DNA of 62,837 bases, filler included, from Choristocarpus tenellus KU-1152 (Eukaryota > Protista > Phaeophyceae), in the NCBI GenBank assembly GCA_964200185.2. It is 9 parts of 9 records of this genome, joined end to end, with 100 filler letters (N's around TTAATTAATTAA, not from the genome) between each part and the next. Parts side by side here need not be neighbours in the genome. Positions count along the whole stretch, not along the records: positions 13,157 to 18,380 come from CAXNAD020011445.1; positions 18,481 to 28,494 come from CAXNAD020003206.1; 7 more parts are not named here. The stretch is one strand, 5' to 3'. Of the stretch, positions 13,470 through 26,699 are shown piece by piece. The translations under genes were made by a program, and so were the position numbers. Below the pieces are notes generated by a model that searched no databases, was not told the DNA's origin, and saw nothing but the letters and a program-made list of their open reading frames with translations. The number at the start of each line of letters is the position of its first letter. Positions within the stretch are counted from its first letter, which is position 1.

Positions 13470-15457
13470 GATGTGCAAGAGCTGAATCGTGTGCTGTGTG
13501 ACCACCTGGAGGAGAAGATGAAGGGAACAGCCGTGGAAGGTAAGAAACAGAAAAAAATGGATGGGAGCAAGGTGTTTTGGCGTGGGGAAGGGGGCGGGGG
13601 GCGGAGTAGGTAGGCGTTTGTACGGGGTGCTTGAATGCAGTTGGAACTCGTCCAACTTGATGAAGTGCATTGTTCAAAGTAGTGAGTATGACACAGCAGG
13701 GGCACGAGAAGAGATATGTTAGGAAGGTGTGTGTGTGGTTTGCTGGTGAACTGTTTCTATGGTCTATGGTCCACTGCCATGGAGTAATCCTGTAGGGTGA
13801 AGGGAGTTTTTGTGGGGACTGTTGAGTGAGGATTCTGTGCTTTGGTTGGTGTGGTGGGCAGAAGAACGGCTTGTGCAGAGTTTATTTTTTTATTTTTTTG
13901 TCAGGGAGGCGAGAGATTGGTTCTTGATAAGAGTTTTTTTTTTTTTGGTAGTGAAGTCGGTTCCATGTTTTTTTGTTTAAAAAAAAAAATAACTGCAGGC
14001 TTAGTGTTGTGGTACATCTCTTGATGTCTCCTTCGCGGAGCTTTTTGTTGGTGAAATGGGGCAATGGGCAAAGGGGGGTGGGTGGTTATATCTGTGGTGT
14101 GATTTTATTGATGAGAAATGGTGAGGGGGGGGACTGGGGCAGTGCCTGTGATTGGAAGTCTAGTTCGATGTTTGGAAGAGGAGTATCACCTGTAGGTAGT
14201 GTGGGGACTTGGGGATGGGTTGATAGTGTAGCAGTACGCTTATCTGGTCTGTTATCCTTGAGGTCGTTTTTTCCCTATAGTTCGAATTGGTGGATTGCAT
14301 TTTCCATTCCATTGCATCCTTTGCCAATGATCGTACTGGGGTGAAGATAGCTCGCTACAGAGCCGGGAACGATCCCTGTCGGTGTGACCCCTGTGACTAT
14401 CTACCTTATGGTGTGGTCACTTCTATTGACAGGAACCATCCAGTCGCTGTTTGAAGGGGTCATTCGATCGTACATCAAGTGTGTGAATGTTGACTACACC
14501 TCTGCTCGAGATGAAACCTACTACGACATACAGGTACCTCTTCCTCCCCCCCCCCTAGTCCTCTCCCTCTCTGTCAAGGGATACGTGATCCCACATCCTG
14601 TTGTTGCGGAGACATGCCCCCACTTTTCCTCTCCCCATTTTTTGAACTGTTGCCAGATGCATCCATGGTGAGTTGCGATTCCTTTCCCTTTCTTAATACT
14701 TCACCTGTTTGAACCTTGAAGGGTTGTCTCCTGTACATTTTCCTATCCTCACTGTACTCCCATTTGCTACTTGCTGTACCCGGGGTGAGTTGTGTGTGAG
14801 TTGTGTGTGAGTTGTGTGTGAGTTGTGTGTGTGTGTGTGTGTGTGTGTGTTTGTGTGATTGAACTGGGAGTTGTACCTTGGAGGCAGTGCCGAGGACCGA
14901 ATTTGAAATACTGATTGAGGAAGGATGTTCAGAGTCTTGGGAGGCGGTGCCGGAAGGTTGTGCGGGTGGATATAGGTTGTTGGAGCAGGGAGATCGTTGT
15001 TGACCGTGTGCAGCTTGTCCTGAATGATTACACCGTTAACGCCTGGCCTGGCCTGCCCCTCTGTTGCATTCTCTTCTGGCTTTGGTCCGGATTCGAGACC
15101 ATCGTATCATGAGTTGAAGTTTGTCCATTGTATCGTGAGTTGTAGCACATCACCCTACAAACCATGTTGACTATGCTTTTTTTGATGTGATTCGACCCTA
15201 CTGAACGTTTAGAAGCCCCAGTAGAAGAAAAAACAAAAATAAAATAAAATAAAATAAAACAAAACAAAACAAAACAAAACAAAAAACACAACAGAACAGA
15301 ACACAACACAACATGACACAACACAACTCCGGCACACACATCGCCTTCCTTCATTATAGGAAGCTGTCTCTTCTGTTGGGTTGTGTGGGTGCTTTGTGAG
15401 ACGATGAGACACTTTTATTTAGGTCTTGCCTGGTTTGTTGAAATTTGTCGACACACA

Positions 15458-15494
<37 letters not shown>

Positions 15495-18308
15495 AAACCT
15501 GTGACCCCAAAATTGCATTTAATTGCAACTGTGCATTGCCCCCTTCAAGTCTTGCGTGTCCCTTCCTTGTCTGCTCTCTCTCTCTCTCTCTCTCTCTCTC
15601 CCTGTTGTGTCCTTGGGGGGTTCGGTGATCGAATCTTCGATGCATCCGCCTTCAATGGTGATGAAAAAAGTAGACAACGGTTTGACGTTTTGTTGTGTGT
15701 GGTATGTGTGAATGGGGATTTGAGTACCAAAAAACAGCACGTTCCTGTGACGCGTTTTGATCCTGAAGATTTTTCTTTCTTCTTTTTTGCTTGTGAAAAA
15801 TTTATAAATGAATGAATGAATAAATGATTTTTTATTCCTGTCTTTTTTTTCAATGGTCTTCTTCCTCTTCTCCTGCCCAGTTGGATGTGAAGGGGTGCAA
15901 GAACATCCATGAGTCGTTCAAGAAGTATGTGTCAGAGGAGATGCTAGACGGCGAGAACAAGTGAGACCCCTTTGGTGTAATAATAATAGTAGTGATAGTG
16001 GTAGTGATAATAGTAGTGATAGTAGTAGTAGTGATAGTAGTAGTGATAGTGGTAGTGATAGTGGTAGTGATAATAGTAGTGATAGTGGTAGTGATAGTGG
16101 TAGTGATGGTAATGATATTAATGATTGCAATAATGATAGTAATGGTAGTAATAGTAATGATATTAATGTTTGCAATAATGATAATAATGGTAGTAATAGT
16201 AATGATCATAATAATGGTTAAAGGAATAGTAAAATAGTAATAAAAATATTATTAATAATAATAATAATATTGTTGTGACATATTGTGGTGTATTATAGTT
16301 AGTTAACGTTCATGGTAGACTTGATAGGGTTAGGGGTAAAGGGTGATATTTTTCTTGGAGGGGTGTGTGGGGTGGGGGTGGGTGGGGACGGGCCTGAGTA
16401 CAAGGAGGATAGTCGAGATTGTGGTGCAGTGGGGTTGGGGTGGTGTGTAGTTGTTGATCAAACAGTATCAACAGATGAAACATCATATGTAGCTGTGTTG
16501 TGTGTTGGGTTACCAATTTCACTCACACTGCTCTCCTTCATTTTTGCTGCCCTCACCCCCCTGCCCCACCCCCTTTTTTTGTTTTTTGTTGTGACTTCTT
16601 TCACTCTGTAAACTAAACTGCCCTGGTGGTGGGGATGGTAGGTATGACGCGGGGGAGGAGCATGGGAGACAGGATGCAAAGAAGGGAGTTAGGTTCCTCA
16701 AGTTCCCCCCTGTGCTGACAGTACACCTCAAGAGATTTGAGTTTGACATGGCCACTGGGAACATGGTGAAGGTCAATGACCGATTTGACTTTCCTCGAGA
16801 GATGTCGACTGATCAGTACCTTGACGAGGTACTGATCGTGTGATGGCAATGGACATGACGGACAGATGGGGGATGATTGAAACAGAGATAGAGAGTTTTT
16901 TTTAATTGTTTGTTTATTTATTATATTTTTTATTTTGTTTTCATGTTTAATTTTGTATTATTTTTATTTCTTTTCTTTTTTTAACTATTATTATTTCTTT
17001 TTTTTGGGGGGGGAGGGTACGGAATTTTGATGGTTGATTGGAAACTACTACTGTCTTTGTATTGACTGAGTGTTGGTGGGTGTCGGTGACTGTGATTGGA
17101 CCTTTAATGATAGATCGTTGTTTAGTGTGTAGTGCAGTGTTGTTGGAAGGAAGGTGATACTTTTTTTATGTGTATCTCTGATGCTAAGCAAGGTTGACAT
17201 ACGGGATTTTTTTTTTAACGTGTGAGGACTTGATAGAGTAATAACAATTGTTATTATTATTATATTATTGTTATTGTTACTACTGCTTTTATTATTATTA
17301 TTTATTTTTGTGAAGAACAGTAAAATATCTGTATCATAAACAGATTTGAGTTAAATCTAATGCAGTGAGCCAATAGAGTGCAGTCGACTTTGGCAAACGG
17401 CATTTGTCTGGTCCCAAACTTGTTACGTCTTGATCAACAAGGATTGTTGTGTAAATCATTAGAAAGCGTGTGTGTTGAGTACATCTGTGTTTCGCAGTGT
17501 AGATCAAGTGGAGGTGCAATGGACCTTGAAAAACGAACCTTACCCTCTCTGATCGTGGTGTTAGCTCAATTTAATCTTGGCAGATGGAGATATTTATTCC
17601 AACAATAGGAGGTATATATCCAGTAGTGTATAGTGTATGCCATTAACCCTAGCTCTAACCTTATAGCCCTAACCTTATCGCAGTTCTAAAGTAGAAATGA
17701 TGAGGTCATACATGCATGTGCTCGAAATGAGGATGTTGAGGATGTTGTCTGAGGTGGGTTCCTAGGCTGAACTGGATGGAGTTACATCCTTTTTAGGTGC
17801 TATCAAATTGGGTGATGAAATTGCTTCTCTCTTTTTCTCTGTGTCTGAATGTTTATTAACAGATACTAACAGATACTTCAAAGAGAGACCAAGTGATTGA
17901 TGATTCTTGCTCCTCCTCCTCGGGCGTCCCCCCCCTCCCCCCCCCCCTGCAACCTTTCAAACATTGATGCAATACGCCTCCTTGTATTTCCTTTTTTTTT
18001 CACCTTTTTGGATGATGTAGAGTTTCAACACCATCTCTCTCTCTCTCTCTTTTCTTATTCATCCTTTATTTTTATTTTATTTTTATTTTTTCCTTGCTTT
18101 TCTTTTTTTCTCGTCTTTTTGTGCTCTGTGTGTTTCTTTTTTGAAGGAGGTGGAAAGTGACCCGTTGCGTCCAAATGATTACGTGTTGCATTCTGTTCTG
18201 GTTCATTCTGGTGATGTCCATGGGGGTCACTACTTTGCTTACATTCGACCAAGCAGGGATGTTAGTGGAGGACAGTGGTGCCACTTCAACGATGAGCATG
18301 TGACCAAG
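13470..18308 (+). CDS. USP7: Ubiquitin carboxyl-terminal hydrolase 7 (USP7/UBP12-like), internal exons of the peptidase C19 domain; partial
   Basis: GT-AG exons 13470-13539, 14433-14533, 15881-15960, 16642-16828 and 18147-18308 join in frame: [32 protein letters not shown]...[39 protein letters not shown]...GRQDAKKGVRFLKFPPVLTVHLKRFEFD...KVNDRFDFP...YVLHSVLVHSGDVHGGHYFAYIRP...WCHFNDEHVTK (His box with catalytic His and Asp). Confidence 0.95.
14785..14857. repeat. (GT)n / GAGTTGTGTGT microsatellite in USP7 intron
   Basis: Direct reading. Confidence 0.85.
15228..15325. repeat. Compound pentamer microsatellite (AAAAT/AAAAC/ACAAC) in USP7 intron
   Basis: Direct reading. Confidence 0.85.
15979..16270. 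repeat. Trinucleotide-based (AGT/GAT/AAT) simple repeat in USP7 intron
   Basis: GATAGTGGTAGT-type units; explains the spurious poly-T/I, poly-S/D and poly-V/I ORFs. Confidence 0.9.
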
Positions 18309-18480
18309 GTAGGGAGGGCTGATGGTGGTCATGGGGTATGGTAGAGGTTGGGGTGTGTGTGTGTTTATGTGTGTTGGGGGNNNNNNNNNNNNNNNNNNNN
18401 NNNNNNNNNNNNNNNNNNNNNNNNTTAATTAATTAANNNNNNNNNNNNNNNNNNNNNNNNNNNNNNNNNNNNNNNNNNNN

Positions 18481-18809
18481 GGGTCTTATGCATATGAAAA
18501 GAAAGAACAGAGATGGCAACAACAACAAAATAGAAGGGGGAACACAAGGTAACAGTGGAACGCACTTGATGCAAGTTCGAAGTAACTTGGATGACATGTG
18601 CTATGATGTTCCTGTGTGTGATGTGGATCAACTGAATATCAACTGATGCTATTCTTCTATCTACTGTCATCGATGTGATGATGGGTTGGAATGCTCAATA
18701 AATAAATGAACACTAACAACCAGTGCAGTGCACCAATCAACAGTGAGTACAAGCTGGTAGTATGTGTATCATATCAACAAGAAACAAATGAGTAGCCTAT
18801 GTTTTAACA
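18481..18809. mobile_element. LTR fragment inserted into the Gypsy integrase
   Basis: Ends ...GTTTTAACA (TG...CA terminus); near-identical reverse-complement copy at 33224-33532; truncates the integrase at PFQRVAV. Confidence 0.75.
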
Positions 18810-20153
18810 GCAACACGTTGAAATGGTCTGTCAACGGGCATATTGCCAGTGGGAAGCGTAGGCTTCTTTTGTGCAGTCTTACCCTTTTTGGCATGCTTGA
18901 CAAACACGACACCATATACGAGCGTCGATATTGAATGTTGGCCACCAATACGAGTCTCTAATCTTATCGAACGGGGTTTGAAACCTAAGTGATCTCCAGA
19001 CAATGCATGGTCATGACAAGCATGGAGTACAAGACGGACTAACGAGTGAAGAACAAGGTTAGAAGAAGATAACTCATATTCCTTTTGAACACGTGTGGCA
19101 AATGCACGACCACCTTCAGGCACATTACGACAGATTGGTGCCAAAATTGGAGCAAGGGATTTCCCGTGTTCCTCAAACTTCAAAATACGAGATAAAGTAT
19201 CAGGTATAAAATTGAGCTTACCGGGCTTGTGTTTGACTTTGAAATCATAAGCTTGAAGAGCAATAGCCCAACGAGTAAGCATGTTACTGGTATCCTACAT
19301 TCTATACAAGTAACACAATGCGGCATGATCTGTGATGCAGGTAAAGTGTCTACCCCAAAGATATGGTCGCCAATGAGTGATGGCTGTAACGACTGCGTAA
19401 CACTCTCTTAATGTAGCTGAATAATGACGTTGAGCTTCATTAAATTTCTTGCTTAAGTATGCAATGATACCTAGGTCTGCAGGATTATCGGATCGAGGTT
19501 ATGCTAAAAAACCCTACTCTAGCACCACTCTCACTGGCATCAACATGGACGATGAATTCTTTGGTAAAGTCAGGGAACACGAGAACCGGGGCTGCAGTGA
19601 GTAATTGTTTTACTTTCAAAATTCCCACATCCTGGTCCAACCCCATTCTTTATCCACTCTCTTGCCGACCCCTTTTTATTGAGATGAACTAACGGTTCGA
19701 TTACTGTGGCTAACTTGGGTATGAATTTACGCACAAAATTAATCATACCTAGGACAGATCGAAGTTTTTTTATGGTGGTGGGTTTGGGTAATTCCATGAT
19801 TGTACACGAACACGATCTTCACCGATACGAATCCCTTCAGACGACAAAACGTGACCCAGGTAACGTACTTCTTTGGGTCCAAATTTGATCTTTGACGGTT
19901 TCAAAGTTAAACCTGCTGCTTGTAACGCTTTGAACTGCTGTTCTAGTTAGTGTATATGTCCTTCCCATATGGGAGAACAAGTAATCAGATCATCCATGTA
20001 AACTAGCAACCCACTCAATGGACCAAAGTTGGCAAAGGCTAAGGACATGTATCTTTGAAATTGCCAAGGGGCATTTGATATCCCAAAGGGCATCCTCTTG
20101 AAAATGTATTTGCCTCTGGACGTGACAAAAGCAGTTTTATCAATGTCATCATC

Positions 20154-20672
20154 GAGTGAAATTATCTTAGAGGGTGAGTGAAAGTATCTTATAGGGTACG
20201 AATTTTGCCATGTTTTTCCATTTGGGGCTTGGCTTCCCACGGGGTTTTTTGTAACATTTTCCTACTCCGAAATGTTTCGAAGTAGGTAAAATGTGTATGT
20301 TTATGAAAAGGTGTGTTCGGAACAAGGACATTGACACTTCCTAACAAACGCAATAGCCAAAATTACGTCAAAATCGCAACATTGGATTTTGGTCCCCAAA
20401 CGGACGCGGCTCTACCCTCTAGGATACTTTGACTCGGTACGAGGTTTGCCCTGTTTGTCCATTTGGGGTTTGTCTTCCCACGTTTTTTTTGTGACATTTT
20501 CCTACTCCAAAATGTTTCGGAGTAGGTAAAATGTATACGTTATGAAGAGGTGTGCCTGGAACAAGACTACTGACACTTCCTAACAATCACGATAGCCAAA
20601 ATTACATCAAATCTCAACATTGGATTTTGGACCAAAATGGACGCGGCCCTACCCTCAAAGATACTTCGGCTC
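20154..20672 (-). mobile_element. MITE family A copy with a second copy nested in its TIR
   Basis: Outer TIR GAGTGAAATTATCTTAGAGGGT is interrupted; outer ends ...AAGATACTTCGGCTC; no matching outer TSD. Confidence 0.9.
20176..20435 (-). mobile_element. MITE family A inner copy, same orientation
   Basis: 3-bp TSD GGT (20173-75, 20436-38) inside the host TIR AGGGTAC. Confidence 0.9.
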
Positions 20673-23600
20673 CAATGCAATTTTTTAGCTACGGTATTAC
20701 ATATTTACAAGACCACTGCTCTGAAGTTACATTGTTGAAGAGGGTCATTCTTTTACCGCTCTTATCATGCTCACATGGACCTGGACACGAAATCCTATTA
20801 TTCACTACAATTTACACTACAGTGTGATGCATGAAAAATAGTCCAAGAGTACAACAACTGAAAAACTGCACTCTGAAGATGTTCAAGATTGATTTGAATG
20901 GGTGTAACTTTGTAACCCATTTTGGAAGGCACGGAGGAGGTATAAAAAGGGTAGGTAGTTTTGGAATGTTTTTGCACACAGAATTCAATATTCATCTCTA
21001 GTCTACGTCCAATTTCGTGAAGTGGATAGAATAAGAAGCAATACTGTAGTGCAAAGAGAATCCTTATAGCCGAGTGGACATTGGATACTGTTCCTTCCAT
21101 GAATTTCGCAGGCACAATCAGACCTCCCTGACATCACGTTCACATTTTTGGAAACATGGTTTCAATGATCCAAAGTCCAGGTGGCAAGCACAACTAACTT
21201 ACCACACCTAGATGGACGTGCCGATGAGGGGTGATGGCTTTGCAATCGGTTCATTCAGATACTAGGTACTCTCATACTTCCCTTTTGTCAACTGCAAGAA
21301 TTTGTGTGTAAGACAACAGTCGTATCTTCTGCAAGTAATAAAAGTGGTGTATCAAGGTATTTGCAACTCCAATCAGTAACCAGCTCATTGCCCTAATTGA
21401 TTATTTCAGATTTTGTGTAAGGGGATGCTCATCCTGTGCTCTATGCTTTCGGTTTCAGCAACACTGCTCCATCGAATACTCACACCAGATCCAACCAAGT
21501 ATTGTAATACTTCATGTCATAAGATATACTGCGCACAATCAACCGCGAGTCTCATGGTGGTCACCTTTTCCAACCGCCTTTACAATAGAACAAGGTGACA
21601 CCAAGGCTAACCAATCAAACCTATTGTACTAGCCCACTATTGTACAGCCAACATGGAGTGAAGAGTAATAGTACCATTAGAGCATGGTTGTGTGCTCGGA
21701 GTATAGTAAGAACAATGTTTAGATATGAATATTTCGGACAATCATCCTCAGGAACAGGAATCTGAATATCACAAACGGTGATAAATTTTGCTCCCCCAAC
21801 AGTATCAATATGAGACTCTATATCAGGCATAGGCCAAGACTGTCGAACAAGGTGTTTGTTAACAGTTGACCTATAGTCCACACAGAATCGTGGGGAGCCA
21901 TCAGATTTGGCCACAATAGTGACAGGACTACCCCAAGGGCTGGCACGTTTTTCAATAATGTCTTGCTCTTCCATAGTATTAACACACGAGTCAATTACTT
22001 GTTGAATACTGGGGTTTGCTCTGTAAGGGTTCCTGTCAACAGGTTCGGTACCGGGCTCTATACTAACTTCTGCTTCAGCTAGGGTACATCTGCCTAGTTC
22101 TGCTGCATTCAACGAAAATTCCGATCTATAACGAGCTCAGAGGTCTAAGAGCTGAGACCCTTGTGACTGATTGAACATGGTATCTTTGAATGCGTTTGAC
22201 TTGGTGAAGGCTTGATGTAATTCCTCTCTAGCTTAACTGAATGGAGCAGAATCAGTATTTAGAGCACTAACAGTAATTGGTACCTGTAAGTGACCTACCA
22301 CAAGATGCTTCCTGATACGTACGTTCCGTGTTGTTGGATTTGCCATTTGAACCATTACTGATCTATTACTTGCTGACCAAGTACTGAGGGTGTGAGCAGC
22401 TACGGTACGATTCCATGGGTGTGTAGGTTCAGTGGTTTGATCTACAGCAGGCATGGAGTGTATGACTGGCTCTACTACCACGGCAGTATCCAACGACGGA
22501 CTAGTATCAGTTGTGCAACGTACGATGATTTCATGACCAGCTGGTATGTTATACTGTTTATGTACACGAACAGGTATAGGGTCAAAATCATGTTGCACAC
22601 TCACCACAGAACAGGAAGGAGTTGTACTTGTATCACGTACTTGAGTGGGGCTCCTTGTCATGTGATGTCTTGCTGGAATGGTACACGAACTATTGTGAAA
22701 TGAAAGACGTTGTTCTTGTCACTCAAGGATTGCACCGAATGCCTGCATAACACTATTATCAAGTAGAATTTTATCGGGACCAAGTTGGGGAATCACTAAA
22801 GCTTCAACTGGTAATGTGGTGTTATCAAGTGTAAGTGCAAAAGGAAAATATCCATGGATATGCAAAGATGAACCATTTGCTGCACGTAGATTTATTGCAC
22901 CAGGTAGGACAGGATGCACATCAAAACGTTTCAATTGAGGGTGATTGCGAACAAATATTTCAGAAATACATGGTACATCACTGGCTGTGTCAATTGTCAA
23001 GTTATTTTCCTCTTGTTCTTCAACGGTGCCAGATACACGAACTCTTTGTGATGAAAATGACAAAGGTTTGGGCATGGCTGGATATCTGCACAAAGAACTG
23101 TTGAACCAAGTTTCATTATTATTACATGAGTTTGGTTGAACTAAAGGCAAAGAAAAATGCTTAGTGACACGCGTGCAGGCAATAAAAGATGCCTGCGGGA
23201 CAAGAGGTGTGACTGGTGTCAACCTCTGACGCTTGCCACTCCCTACGATGGTGTCAATAACAATACCATGGCTGTTCCCAAGTGGGCAGGAGTTAAATCC
23301 ACCTGGGCATCCCTAGAGACGCGGACCATAATGCCCCGGTACAGACTGACTATCCTCACGAACATGACTTCCACAACCCCTGCCTCTACGATGCAAGTAT
23401 GGCAAACGAGCACCCCGCGGATTGTCCAGGCACAGCTGGGTTGTGTGACCCTCACAAGTCACTGCCTGGCAACTCGGGTACTGGCACACACTATTTTGTT
23501 GATCCATGATGTACGTCGAGTTGGACGGTGAGGCTGTATAGGTTGACATGTCTTGTGGTCGCGTTGGTCTGTCAGTGTCTCCGGCAGTGGGAAGTGGATT

Positions 23601-24488
23601 CGTCAACAACTGAGCTGGGGCCCTGTTGAGGGGTGCCTCCCCTGCTCGGTGACGTTCCACCTCCGTACGTAGCCGTTGGCACTCTCGTTGTAATTGCTTG
23701 AGTTCACTACGGGGAACCTGTCCACGACGAGAATTATGGGTCACAGCGCTCGTGTAAGTTGTTATGAGGGTGGGGTTATTGCCAGACAAATGGTTAGCTT
23801 CATGCCGTTTGACACGGTCACGAGCTGGAGCAAACGAGGTGGTGGGTTCGTCCCGAATCTGTTCAAGACGGATTGCAGGGGGTAAGCCATCCTCCATCAG
23901 GGTGATCTTCAGCTGCTCAACGAGCAAATTTTTCGTGTCGACTGCATCTGAGGACAACGCTGTGCGATGAACATCATCCAAAAAACGATTCATTGCTGTG
24001 GTGCAACGTAAAGTATATTGATCAATCGACTCGTTCTCCCCCTGTTTCAAAAACGTTAGTCTACGAGCTGATACACTTACAGCATGGGCGGGAGTAAAAG
24101 CGGTGATAAAGGCTTTCTGGACATCATCCCAAGTCTTTGGAGGTGTAATGGGGACAGGGGTGTCAAGAAACGATTGCAAACGAGTCAAATCACTTGTTGA
24201 ACACCACTCTACTGTACCCCCCAACGCCTGGAAAAAAAATGTTTCAGATGGTCCTTGAAGAATGTTCGGTAAAAATTCTACACATCGAGCATTAATTGTC
24301 TCAGGGGATGCGAGACCATACTGACTAGAGTGCAAGGAAATTGCCACGTCCTATTTAGAGAATAAAAGTGGAAAATTATCCTCTCCAGAACCTGTAATGA
24401 CTAGACCAGATGGGATTTCTGAAGCAGAAAACCTGAAACGACTCACTTCTGACATTGATGGTGGGCGTGCGACTCACATTAACGGTAT

Positions 24489-25891
24489 ATGGCATACGGC
24501 AATAACGGTATAATAATAGGCAAACATGCTTTCCACACAGATCGGAACAGAATTCTTCTTATGTGGTTTAAGATGAACAAAATGGATGAAGAAAGTGAAA
24601 GAGACCGAATGTCATCATCCCGAGGTTTATCATCCTCAAGTTTCTCGTCTTCCAGTTCGTCGTCTTCTGGTTCATCGTCTTTCGATGAATCTACCTTTAG
24701 GTTGCAAACTAGACCTAGGCAGATGATAACCAACACAATTGTGATATTCGTCGTCTACGCTTCGATTGACGAGGAGGATGAGGACGAAGAACGTCCACTA
24801 TTTCGCAGGTTTCGTATCCCCCACAATCGGCCCGTTTACCTGGCGAGCTCGTTGGGGGTTATGCTGGGGAGAGAGGAAGCTTTAAGAGACGTCACTTCGC
24901 GGGAGGCACTGAAGTTTACGAGGCGGTTCCATGTCCCATTTGTTTTATTTGAAGATTTAGTGAAAGAGGTACAAAGGCATGGGTGGCTTGGTAGTCGAAC
25001 CGGAGATGCCACCGGACGCCCTGCCATACCCGTGAAGCTGAAGGTAAGCATACCCGCCGGTAGAGTTTGTGCATGAAAGGGCTACCTCGATAGGTTATGT
25101 GACGGTCGCCTATGAAGTGACTGTTGACCATGCTGGATTTGCACGGGGAGTGACTGCTGGATTTCCTGGAGCCAAAAACGACGAGATAATATTTTAATAT
25201 GATGGTGCTATCCAGAAATTAGGGTTAGCCCCACGTACAGACAGCTGGAGTACAGTCTTAAGGACCCCCACGGGAACTATTACACCGAGAAAGGAGCCTG
25301 TCCTTGTCAATGGGAGGTACCACGAGGTGACGGGAAATACGTGACTGTAGGGCCATGCCTATGTTATTTATTGCTCCTGTAAAAACGAGTGATAATGAAA
25401 CTAGCAAGTAAATAGTATTTGGACAAACCGACATTTGAATTTGCAGTGGAGGTGCACAATATGCCCCTTCAAGGCATCTGTCACACAGGCGCAGGCAAGG
25501 TGGAGCAAACGAGTGGAGAGTGTACGCAAGGATGTCGAGTGCGTTTTGGGGAGAGTCAAGGGCCGCTTCAGAATCCTCAAGCTGCCACTACTATATTCGC
25601 ACAGGAAGAAGATAACACATTTGCACTCATTGAATATTGCAAAACATACTTCATTCATATGATGGCCTTGGAGAGTTGGAGGGCAACACTGACTGGACAG
25701 GGGATGCTGATCTGCATGATGCCTTCTACAGTGACCCTTATACTAATTTCAAGCAGATGAGCATGCCAAGGGACCAGGGGGGAGGGGGATCTGAAGAGTA
25801 TGTGGAGAGGGAGGTGGGATTTGATGAGGTTAGGAAGAAGCTCATCGCACACTACAAGTACAAGGAAGAAACAGAGAGGTTGTTTGGATGA
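24489..25891 (+). pseudogene. PIF/Harbinger DDE transposase, decayed and intron-containing
   Basis: FTRRFHVPFVLFEDLVKEV...DATGRPAIPVKLK|gtaagc; GFPGAKNDEII; LVNGRYHE (DGGY-type Asp lost); WSKRVESVRKDVECVLGRVKGRFRILKLP; LQNILHSYDG; RKKLIAHY. First catalytic Asp region apparently deleted. Confidence 0.85.
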
Positions 25892-26041
25892 GGTCCTGAT
25901 GATGGAATCTTGCTTGTCAAACAGTGGTTTGCGTTTTGCGCTGTTGACATTTTGTTAAGTAACGGTACAATTGGTATTGTACTTGCGTGAAGTACATGCA
26001 AGAAGAGGTTGGAAGAAGTTATACAGGACAGAGTCATTTGT

Positions 26042-26299
26042 GAATGAAAGTATCTTAGAGGGTACGAGTTTTTCCCTGTTTGCCCATATGGGGCTTGGCT
26101 TCCCTCAGGGTTTTTATGACATTTACCTACTCCAAAATATTTCGGAGTAGGTAAAATGTATACGTTATGAAAAGGTATGTCCGGAACAAGGATACTAACA
26201 CTTCCTAACACACACAATAGCCAAAATTACATCAATATCGCAACATTGGATGTTGGTCCCCAAATGGACGCGACTCTACCCTCTAAGATACTTTGGCTC
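26042..26299 (-). mobile_element. MITE family A, full copy
   Basis: TIRs present; 3-bp TSD TGT (26039-41, 26300-02). Confidence 0.92.
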
Positions 26300-26699
26300 T
26301 GTCAGTACAATATAGAGAGTGGTTGAAAGTCCACAGTGAAAGGAGGAATTAATTGCCACTGATTGTGACAATGTAGTTAGGTAAAGATTGTCCTCATGGA
26401 CAAGAGCAGCTCACTTCACTCTGAGCAGAGGATAATATTATACCCTAACCAACCCTCTGAAGAGTGCTGGGATCATCATTATTACTTTAACTTTGCTCAA
26501 GGTCATGATACAAGATCAGGGTTGACAGCTTTGTTTGGTTAGTGCATCAGAAGCCCAAGATCAGAGGACTTGACACCAAAATAAATTCCATTCAGTATAA
26601 AATTGCCTCAAATCTAAACATTTGCCAATGCCGTACAGTGTGATGGTACACCTATGTGCACGGGACCGCTCTCAACGACTACTGAGCACTACACTGACA

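Larger units (their letters stand above)
18810..24470 (-). mobile_element. Degenerate Ty3/Gypsy LTR retrotransposon, internal region (gag-PR-RT-RH-IN)
   Basis: Gag 24347-23313 (TWDDVQKAFITAF...LKQGENESIDQY); protease LTIDTASDVPCIS (23222-22719); RT SPWGSPVTIVAKSDGSPRFCVDYR (22112-21735) and KTAFVTSRGKYIFKRMPFGISNAP...YMDDL (20153-19947); RT thumb/RH LRSVLGMINFVRKFIP and LTRWAIALQAYDFKVKHKPGKLN; IN zinc finger VLHACHDHALSGDHLG. Multiple stops and frameshifts. Confidence 0.93.

Noticed and set aside
15850-16237. Poly-Thr/Ile, Ser/Asp and Val/Ile ORFs
   Set aside because: Translations of a simple repeat inside a USP7 intron.
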